Shown in pieces: positions 16,314 through 23,279 of a DNA stretch of 42,994 nt. The position numbers were made by a program, and so were the translations under genes. Origin of the DNA: a bacterium (GTDB lineage: Bacteria > Patescibacteriota > Minisyncoccia > Phycocordibacterales > UBA918); contig JAIYEC010000069.1 of NCBI GenBank assembly GCA_027487145.1, positions 1-42,994 on the forward strand. The letters are read 5' to 3'. A model generated the notes under the pieces. It had not been told where the DNA came from. It did no database searches and worked only from the letters and a program-made list of their open reading frames with translations. Numbering within the stretch: the first letter of the stretch is position 1; each line of letters begins with the position of its first letter.

Positions 16314-16377
16314 GCTACACCTGTAGGGTAACTAGCGATAGCTAAAAGACGTTGTATAAAGTAAGCAGATATAACAC

Positions 16378-16740
16378 ATGACATTTCCAACCATCAATTA
16401 CAAGTTTAACGGCATTGAAGAAGCGAAATCTTTACCTGTAGTAGTTGAGCAAAAATTCTCACCGCTCGCTAAACTGATTACAGAGGGGGGTAGAGTAACG
16501 TGTCAGGTAGAATTTGAGAAGATAACCTCTCATCAACATGGCCGAATTTACCGAGTCGAAGCAAATCTTTCAGTAAATGGTACGCTCTATCGGGCTGAAG
16601 CTACTGAACTTAGTTTTGAGGGTGCGATTGATAAGGTGCGTGATGAGCTTGATTCTGAGCTGAGTCGATCTAAGGATAAGCAAGATACCGTACAGAAGCG
16701 AGCGGGAAGAATCTTTAAGTCCTTACTCACAAGAGGCTAA
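16378..16740 (+). CDS. hpf: ribosome hibernation factor (HPF/RaiA family, short form)
   Basis: 120 aa. ...YRVEANLSVNGTLYRAEATELSFEGAIDKVRDELDSELSRSKDK fits the C-terminal half of the sigma54-modulation/HPF fold. Confidence 0.55.
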   Translation: MTFPTINYKFNGIEEAKSLPVVVEQKFSPLAKLITEGGRVTCQVEFEKITSHQHGRIYRVEANLSVNGTLYRAEATELSFEGAIDKVRDELDSELSRSKDKQDTVQKRAGRIFKSLLTRG

Positions 16741-17598
16741 GTACACGGTAAAATCAACTTCTTTTTTCCCTTCGGGGATAACCCGAGTCAATGTAAGGGT
16801 GTCGTCAGCAAGGGCGGCGCCTTTTACTTTTACACGTTTTCCCTCATAGATGAAAAAGGTATCACCGATACCAGAAAAAGCCTGAATTTTGCAAAATATC
16901 TCTCTCGCTTCAATTCCGGTTGGGAGGTTATGAGGATTAATATGAAGCTCACTATCAGTTTTTAGAAATCGCTTGGTGTAGGTGGCGTCCTTATGGTTTT
17001 GTTCGGTGGGTGTAAGTGATCCGTCTACCCACTGCAAAATAGTCTCAGCTAATAGTTTGCCACCAAGTTCTGCCAGGTCTCTATCTAGCGCAGTACCTTC
17101 AGAGGGCCAAGCGTGAGGCGTGTATGGAACTTGCGCAAGTAGCGGACCATGATCCATCTCTTCATCCATGAGCATAATGCTTACGCCTACCTCATCTGGT
17201 CTGTCTTCTAAGATAGCGGTTCGGATTGGACTCATGCCACGAAGTTTAGGGAGAAGTGAGGGGTGGACATTAATGGTGCCGTACTTCGGAAGTTCCAAGA
17301 ACCACTTGGGAAGAATAAAATTGTACGCAACTACCACAAATAAATCCCACTGTGTATCGGTGATCTCAGTCAGTGATATCTTGTCTTTATATGAATCAGG
17401 CTGAAAGACAGTGATATTGTGTTCCTGGGCCCAGACTTTAATGGGAGGAGGTGTAAGCTCAAGACCACGACCACGAGGCCGGTCGGGGTTACAGACAACA
17501 AGTTTTGGAGTAAGACCTGCGTTATGGAGCGCCTTGAGTGCGGGTAGACCTAGTGGTTCGCCACCAAAAAACGCAATCTTTAATTCGGATTTATTCAT
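16723..17598 (-). CDS. fmt: methionyl-tRNA formyltransferase
   Basis: KIAFFGGEPLG..., the NVHPSLLPKLRG motif, and position downstream of def. Confidence 0.9.
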   Translation of the reverse strand: MNKSELKIAFFGGEPLGLPALKALHNAGLTPKLVVCNPDRPRGRGLELTPPPIKVWAQEHNITVFQPDSYKDKISLTEITDTQWDLFVVVAYNFILPKWFLELPKYGTINVHPSLLPKLRGMSPIRTAILEDRPDEVGVSIMLMDEEMDHGPLLAQVPYTPHAWPSEGTALDRDLAELGGKLLAETILQWVDGSLTPTEQNHKDATYTKRFLKTDSELHINPHNLPTGIEAREIFCKIQAFSGIGDTFFIYEGKRVKVKGAALADDTLTLTRVIPEGKKEVDFTVYLASCE

Positions 17599-17640
17599 AT
17601 CTTGTAAAGTATATCACCGGCATACGCTCAGGATGTTTTG

Positions 17641-17792
17641 AGACAAGGTGAGCTATGGGATGGGCCCCATAGCGCAAGACTCATTGAGATATTTTAAAGC
17701 GAAGCGAGAAAATATCCAATGAGTGGACAGCTTCTGTAAGAAGGGAGGAAAAATTTTTGAGGTGTACGTATTTACTAAAGTGCAACGTAGTA
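17641..17792 (-). repeat. post-stop structured repeat, copy F (long form, 5' part truncated)
   Basis: The reverse complement reads ...cgttgcac...gtacacctcaaaaattttt... followed by a ~105-nt module (17641-17743) that is ~96% identical to 28892-28996. It starts right after the def stop at 17793, in the orientation of def. Confidence 0.85.
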
Positions 17793-18323
17793 TCAAGACT
17801 TTTCCTGTGTCCGTTTGGCTTGTTCTTTCTCAACCGGCCAACTATCTTCAGCTCTATCAATAAAGAGAGTGCCATCAAGGTGGTCACATTCGTGTTGAAT
17901 AATCTGCGCGAGTAAGCCACCAGCGCCTCTTGTGTATTTTTTTCCATTTTCATCGTGAGCTTCGAGAGTCACATTGGTATGTCGTCTCACAACTCCGTAT
18001 AGTTTAGGTACTGAAAGACATCCTTCACCAACGACGTGCGTCTTCTTAGAGACTTTTACAATTCGCGGATTAATAGCAATGATGGTGGGGAAGCGTTCTT
18101 CTGGTGAACCGCTTTGATCTTCAATCAAAAACATTCGCTTCGCTACACCAATTTGGGGCGCTGCAATTGCCACCGCTGAAAAACCATCAACCTGGTACTC
18201 TTTAATAGCGGTTCGCAGTCCCTTGAGGATTTTTGTTACTGTTCCGTCAGTAAATTCCTCTGGAGTGATTTCTTCAGAAATGGTGTGGAGCGCTGGGTGA
18301 TTTTGGGCTACTAGCTTTGCCAT
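17793..18323 (-). CDS. def: peptide deformylase
   Basis: Motifs GVAKRMF(L)I, EGCLSVP and QHECDHLDG. ATG at 18323 preferred; the track start at 18332 is GTG. Confidence 0.9.
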   Translation of the reverse strand: MAKLVAQNHPALHTISEEITPEEFTDGTVTKILKGLRTAIKEYQVDGFSAVAIAAPQIGVAKRMFLIEDQSGSPEERFPTIIAINPRIVKVSKKTHVVGEGCLSVPKLYGVVRRHTNVTLEAHDENGKKYTRGAGGLLAQIIQHECDHLDGTLFIDRAEDSWPVEKEQAKRTQEKS

Positions 18324-18369
18324 ATACGTCACAATATAGCAAAAAAGGCTGGATTTGCGAAGTAAATTC

Positions 18370-20262
18370 CTAAACGATTCGCTCAGGATTTATTTCTACC
18401 TTCACGTAGGGTGGTAGTTGTCGCACCTGTGACATTGCTTCAGCAAATCGCCCCTTCTCTTCAAGTGGTATGCGCATTAATACATGGCGAAGCGTATGAC
18501 TTTTAGTGGAGTGAGGATTGGTATAAAACTCCGCCAGAGGTGTCGTGAGGATTTGCTTAATCTCGCTTTCTGATTCTTTTACCACTACTTCAGGACCTGA
18601 CCACGAAAGGAGAATAAAGGTACTAAATGGCGGATAGAGAAGTTGCTTACGAAGCAGGATTTCATCATCAAAAAACCGTTCAATCGCTCCTTTGCTCGCA
18701 TACTCGACTAATTGGTCCGGGTCATTTCGGGTTTGAATCAGCACTTCGCGAACGCTACATTCACGCAGCTTCATAATCAGTCTAAAGAGTGATTCGTCTG
18801 CTCGCCAGGTTGGGGTACTTCTCGCTGCATCAAGCGAGATAATGGCACTGACAGCAACGCCTTGGTGGAGGTGTGGTAGTGCTACTTGTGTTCCAATTAA
18901 AATTCCGCCTTTTTTACTAAAGAACTCTCGAACCACTTTTTCAACTTTTTGGGGAGTAGGGGCGGTACTGTGATCAAGGAGGGTTACATCAGTGTGTGGG
19001 AAGAGGTTTTTCCATTCGTCATACACCTGCTGTATTCCAATTCCTCGTTCTTTTAGTCGCCAAGAACCACAGTTATCGCAGGTGTCAGCTGCGCGGACAC
19101 GTTTCCCTGATGTACTTGAAACAAACCAACGCTCTTCAGTATCATTCTTTACCGTCCGGATGAGCGAATACGGTGTATGAGAATCTGGACACCGAAAGAT
19201 ATACCCACAATCAATGCAGGCTACCACCGGGGCTAGGCCGCGTCTCGCGCTGTACAAAAAGACATGACCTTTTGCTTCAAGTGCGGTGGTGACACTCTTG
19301 ATAAGGGCTGGTGAAAACAGTTGGAAGGGAACTTCGCTGCTTGGTTTATCATTTTGCTTAACAACGTGAACAGGCGCAGAAAATACGAGCCGTTTTACCT
19401 CCTCCCCGTATGTAAAATAGGTATCGGCTCGTCGTTTAGCTTCTTCTTCAGTACGAACTACCGTATCACCTAAAATAATGCTTGCTCCTTGAGCTTTGGC
19501 GTACGTGATAAGAGCATCACGGTGGTCTAGATACGGTCGAGTTCGGTCAATGTAGTGTGCGCTCGCTGATTGTTCGACAATGACACTCGTGATGTCTCCG
19601 CGACCGCAGTACGCATACGGAGGGGTGGTGATAATCAGTTTAGAGAATTTTGTATCCTCTAAAGCTTCTGTCATCTGCTGATAGGTTTTTTTACTTGGGG
19701 TAGCGGTGAGGGTGATGATTCTGTCTAGAATACCGTGTCCTAACTCTCGCTTTGCGTACATGACATCTGTGCTTGTTGGTACTACAAATAAGACCGAACC
19801 GCGTTTAGCGAAGGTGCTTCTAATGTGACTTTGATAACTGCGATACCGCTCATCAAGACGAGCCATCAAAATTTGTGGTGTCGTCTCTTCTTGGTGAATA
19901 ACAGCAGTACTGTCTTTATAGGTTCGAAGACCATTTCTAATATCTGAAGGAAGGAGGGTGAAGAGAATTGAGCCGAGTGATGCGGGATATCGCTCACTGA
20001 GTTTTAGGGCGGTATCTCGAATAGCTTGAGGGACAACACCGGTCGCTTCTTGATTTGGAAGTTTTCGTAATGAGAAGGTGGCTGCCTTAAGCGCGGTTTT
20101 GGCGGTGCCGACCGTGGTCACGTTGGTAACTATGGCGTGTTTACTTTTTCCGCGAATCGGAACTTGGAGGAATGTCCCAATCTCATACGAAATACTTGAG
20201 TAGTAGGAGAGTGACTCAAGGTGGGTGCCGCGGATGAGAGGAATCACTTCAATGACGTACAT
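18370..20262 (-). CDS. priA: PriA-like primosomal protein N' with degenerate ATPase motifs
   Basis: The N-terminal MYVIEVIPL...FLQVPIRGK 3'-DNA-binding-like domain, the Cys-rich region CIDCG...CDNCGS and the overall length fit PriA. The positions equivalent to Walker A and DEEH read ARLDERYRSY and VIVEQSASAHY. Confidence 0.7.
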   Translation of the reverse strand: MYVIEVIPLIRGTHLESLSYYSSISYEIGTFLQVPIRGKSKHAIVTNVTTVGTAKTALKAATFSLRKLPNQEATGVVPQAIRDTALKLSERYPASLGSILFTLLPSDIRNGLRTYKDSTAVIHQEETTPQILMARLDERYRSYQSHIRSTFAKRGSVLFVVPTSTDVMYAKRELGHGILDRIITLTATPSKKTYQQMTEALEDTKFSKLIITTPPYAYCGRGDITSVIVEQSASAHYIDRTRPYLDHRDALITYAKAQGASIILGDTVVRTEEEAKRRADTYFTYGEEVKRLVFSAPVHVVKQNDKPSSEVPFQLFSPALIKSVTTALEAKGHVFLYSARRGLAPVVACIDCGYIFRCPDSHTPYSLIRTVKNDTEERWFVSSTSGKRVRAADTCDNCGSWRLKERGIGIQQVYDEWKNLFPHTDVTLLDHSTAPTPQKVEKVVREFFSKKGGILIGTQVALPHLHQGVAVSAIISLDAARSTPTWRADESLFRLIMKLRECSVREVLIQTRNDPDQLVEYASKGAIERFFDDEILLRKQLLYPPFSTFILLSWSGPEVVVKESESEIKQILTTPLAEFYTNPHSTKSHTLRHVLMRIPLEEKGRFAEAMSQVRQLPPYVKVEINPERIV

Positions 20263-20319
20263 GAGGGTAGTATAGCAATAAATAAGAAACTGAGCTTGGG
20301 GAAGAAAAAACTATAATCA

Positions 20320-20353
20320 GCTAAAATGCACCTATTAATAGGTGCATTTTAGC
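20320..20353. repeat. 34-bp perfect palindrome with conserved core ATGCACCTATTAATAGGTGCAT
   Basis: gctaaaatgcacctatt/aataggtgcattttagc. It lies between the murA stop and the priA start, 58-91 nt upstream of priA. Same core as the palindromes at 33528-33567 and 33982-34015. Confidence 0.9.
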
Positions 20354-20392
20354 TTAGAAAATCAGTAGATTGGGCGGACGCTATCAAGGATA

Positions 20393-20433
20393 AGCGGCAC
20401 CAGCCTCAGGCCTTGCCTGGGGCTGGTGCCGCT
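20393..20433 (-). terminator. 18-bp GC-rich hairpin overlapping the murA stop codon
   Basis: agcggcaccagcctcagg-ccttg-cctggggctggtgccgct with one G-U pair and no clear T-run. It shares the GGCACCAGC/GCTGGTGCC stem with the hairpin at 41703-41735. Confidence 0.5.
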
Positions 20434-21931
20434 AAAACTCATCAAGATAGCTAATATTGGCTCCCAGGGTCGTGAGGCGTTCGACGAGCTTCTCATAGCC
20501 ACGATTGATGCTGTAGATATTTCGGAGGATCGAGCGACCTTCGGCACCGAGCATAGCGATAAGAAGAATGGTAGCTGGTCTGAGGGCTGGTGGGCAGACA
20601 AGTTCGTTAGCGCGTAACTTGCTTGGTCCGGTGATGTAGATTCGGTGTGGGTCTGCCAAAACGGTGTCGCCGCCGAGCTTATCAAGCTCAGTAAAGTAAA
20701 TAGCTCGCTTTTCGTACATCCAGTCATGAATGAGGGTTTGACCATGTACCTGGGTTGCGATAACAGCAAAGAACGGCAAGTTATCAGCGTTGATGCCAGG
20801 GTACGGGCGAGAGTGAATTTTTTCAGATACGGCAACGAGTTTTGATGGCTTTGTGGTGATATCAACTAGCTTCACTTGTCCATTCTTGCCAAGGTACGGT
20901 TTGCTCTGCGTATACTTAAAGCCCATTTTCTTAAGGGTAAGGAGCTCAAGTTCAAGAAACTCAATCGGGCAGCGGGTAATGGTAAGGCTCGAATTTGTCA
21001 CAATCGCTGTGGCCAAGAAGAACATTGCGTCAGTCGGGTCTTCTGCCAGATGATACTCAATATCTTTTTTGATTTCTTTTACACCGGTAATGGTGAGGGT
21101 GGTGGTTCCAACACCTTCAATAGTGACACCAAGATGTTGCAGGAATACACACATTTCTTGCACCATGTAGTTAGCCGAGCAGTACTTAATAGTGGTTGTT
21201 CCACTCGATAGGGCAGCTGCCATGAGGGCATTTTCTGTTACCGTATCTCCTGACTCATAGAGAATAATCTCACTCGGTCGCTTGTGCTTCACTGCCACTT
21301 TGTAGGCATCATCAGTTACTTTGATATCAACTCCAAATTCTTCCAGGGCGTAGAAATGAGGGCGGACAGTTCGACTGCCGAGTTTACAACCACCTGATTG
21401 TGGAAGGGCAAACGTACTCATCCGGTGAATCAGTGGTCCGATAAACATCACAATGCTCCGAGTTCGTTTGGCTGCTTCAATATCAATCTTAGTGAGATCA
21501 ATCTTCGCTGGAGGAGTAATTTTCATCATGTTTTTACTCCATTCGATTTTTACGCCGATACTCTCAAGTACCTCAACTAATCGATGTACTTCCTCAATGC
21601 GAGGCATGCCGTAGAGGGTAGTCGTGCCTTTATTTAAGAGAGATGCACATAACAAACCGACGGCTCCATTTTTTGAGGTATTGGTCTGGATGGTACCGGC
21701 TAGTTTTTTACCACCAGTAATTTGCACGTTGACCGTTCCGGGAGAAAGAGTGATGAGGTTTTTACCGAGCGCTTTACCGATACGCTTGAGCATGTCAGCA
21801 CTCACATTTTGTTTACCACTTTCGATGCGAGCAATCGCGCTTTGGGTTGTCTTGAGCTTTTTAGCTAAGTCAGTTTGAGTAAGACCGAGAGTTTCTCGTA
21901 CGTCCGCAATGCGGGTTCCAATATCTTGCAT
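20432..21931 (-). CDS. murA: UDP-N-acetylglucosamine 1-carboxyvinyltransferase with N-terminal XRE-type HTH domain
   Basis: Residues ~1-60 (IADVRETLGLTQTDLAKKLKTTQSAIARIESGKQN) form a classic HTH_XRE. The rest aligns to MurA (VQITGGKKLAGTIQTNTSKNGAVGLLCASLL...; active-site loop SGGCKLGSRTVRPH). Confidence 0.85.
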   Translation of the reverse strand: MQDIGTRIADVRETLGLTQTDLAKKLKTTQSAIARIESGKQNVSADMLKRIGKALGKNLITLSPGTVNVQITGGKKLAGTIQTNTSKNGAVGLLCASLLNKGTTTLYGMPRIEEVHRLVEVLESIGVKIEWSKNMMKITPPAKIDLTKIDIEAAKRTRSIVMFIGPLIHRMSTFALPQSGGCKLGSRTVRPHFYALEEFGVDIKVTDDAYKVAVKHKRPSEIILYESGDTVTENALMAAALSSGTTTIKYCSANYMVQEMCVFLQHLGVTIEGVGTTTLTITGVKEIKKDIEYHLAEDPTDAMFFLATAIVTNSSLTITRCPIEFLELELLTLKKMGFKYTQSKPYLGKNGQVKLVDITTKPSKLVAVSEKIHSRPYPGINADNLPFFAVIATQVHGQTLIHDWMYEKRAIYFTELDKLGGDTVLADPHRIYITGPSKLRANELVCPPALRPATILLIAMLGAEGRSILRNIYSINRGYEKLVERLTTLGANISYLDEF

Positions 21932-22011
21932 ATGGGATGAGTATAGCAGATATGCTATGTCGTATGGATTTACCCCTGGGTATAGTATTTTGTGATACTA
22001 TACTGCCACGT

Positions 22012-23025
22012 ATGTTTGCGTCTTTAACGCCCAAAATTGGTATCGATCTTGGTACCACCAGTATCCTGGTGTTTGTTCCCGGCCAGGGGATTGTTCTTAA
22101 TGAACCGTCAGTGGTAGCTATTTCTGAGAATAACGAAGTATTGGCGGTTGGGAGTGAAGCCAAGGCTATGATTGGCCGAACGCCTGATAGTATCCGAGCC
22201 TACCGGCCTATGCGCGATGGTGTTATCGCTGACTATAAAGTGACCGAAGCCATGTTGCGCTACTTCCTGAAGAAATCAATGAGTAAGTACAGTCTCTTTC
22301 GTCCGGATGTAATGGTTTCAGTACCAGCGGGCGTTACTTCAACTGAGCGTCGAGCAGTGGTGGAAGCTGCCATGCGAGCTGGAGCAAAAAATGCCTTTGT
22401 CGTAAAAGAACCAATTCTGGCAGCGATTGGCGCAGGAGTACCTATTTATGAACCACAAGGACACATGATTGTAGATATGGGAGGCGGTACTATCGACGTT
22501 GCTGTAATTTCTCTCGGTGGCATTGTGGCGGCCAACTCCGTAAAGTGTGCCGGTAACCGAATCGACACGGCCATTATCGATTACGTCAAAAAGACTCGTA
22601 ATCTTGCGATTGGAGAAAAAACGGCTGAAGATATTAAAATTGGCGTTGGTTCAGCCTTACCACTTGAAGAAGAACTTACGATGGAAATCAAGGGTCGTGA
22701 TATGTTGTCAGGCTTGCCTCGCACGACCGAGATTAAGAGTAATGAAGTTGTTCGTGCTACACAGAAAGAATTGAAAGAGATGATTAAAGCCATTAGAGAT
22801 GTGTTTCAAGAGACACCACCTGAGCTCGCCGCAGATATTATTGATGGAGGAATTATTCTTACGGGCGGTACCTCACAGCTTCGTAATTTCCCAGAACTCA
22901 TTAGGCGTCGAACTGGCGTGAAGGCCCGGGTCGCAGACCAGGCCCTGTTTTGTGTGGCGAAAGGGACGGGGACAGCGCTTGAACATCTTGATGTCTACAA
23001 GCGCGCCGTACTCGCGAAGCGGTAA
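22012..23025 (+). CDS. mreB: MreB/Mbl-family actin-like protein (paralogue 1)
   Basis: IGIDLGTTSILVFV..GIVLNEPSVVA...GRTP...RPMRDGVIADY... The start is moved to the ATG at 22012 (MFASLTPK...), which has TATACT 7 nt upstream. Confidence 0.85.
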   Translation: MFASLTPKIGIDLGTTSILVFVPGQGIVLNEPSVVAISENNEVLAVGSEAKAMIGRTPDSIRAYRPMRDGVIADYKVTEAMLRYFLKKSMSKYSLFRPDVMVSVPAGVTSTERRAVVEAAMRAGAKNAFVVKEPILAAIGAGVPIYEPQGHMIVDMGGGTIDVAVISLGGIVAANSVKCAGNRIDTAIIDYVKKTRNLAIGEKTAEDIKIGVGSALPLEEELTMEIKGRDMLSGLPRTTEIKSNEVVRATQKELKEMIKAIRDVFQETPPELAADIIDGGIILTGGTSQLRNFPELIRRRTGVKARVADQALFCVAKGTGTALEHLDVYKRAVLAKR

Positions 23026-23026
23026 C

Positions 23027-23146
23027 GCGTTTTAATAAGTACTCATCTACTTCGTTACTTTCACAAAAAATATTTTCAATGTACAAAAAAGTACACCTCA
23101 AATATTTTTTGCTCAGCGCCTCGTATCTAAGCACTTATTAAAACGC
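23027..23146 (+). repeat. post-stop structured repeat, copy A
   Basis: Closing stem gcgttttaataagt (23027-23040) / acttattaaaacgc (23133-23146). P2 is caaaaaatattt / aaatattttttg. P1 is tgtac-aaaaaa-gtaca (23080-23095). Conserved boxes acttcgtta and gctcagcgcctcgtatct. Confidence 0.85.
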
Positions 23147-23279
23147 TTGAATGTACCACTCTAATCATTAAGAATGTACTTTCATACGTTACTCAGATTA
23201 TTCGCGTTACAACGTGACTGCGCCTGGGTGTGGTTAAGAGAGACCTGCTTTTACAGTTGTCTCTAGTACAATACAAATA

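Noticed and set aside
20362-20865. 167-aa ORF antisense or overlapping murA, and similar shadow ORFs (1706-2116, 3494-3811, 3721-4080, 10037-10396, 14652-15026, 27575-28216 etc.)
   Set aside because: They lie entirely within, or antisense to, genes with strong family signatures. They have low-complexity composition and no start context.
22901-23134. Minus-strand ORFs 22901-23134, 28640-28873 and 31032-31439 sharing FCESNEV / IERIFNE-like peptides
   Set aside because: The shared peptide is the antisense translation of the conserved ACTTCGTTG...TTTCAC box of the repeat family. The ORFs overlap the 3' ends of real genes, and the element shows RNA-type covariation instead of codon-type conservation.
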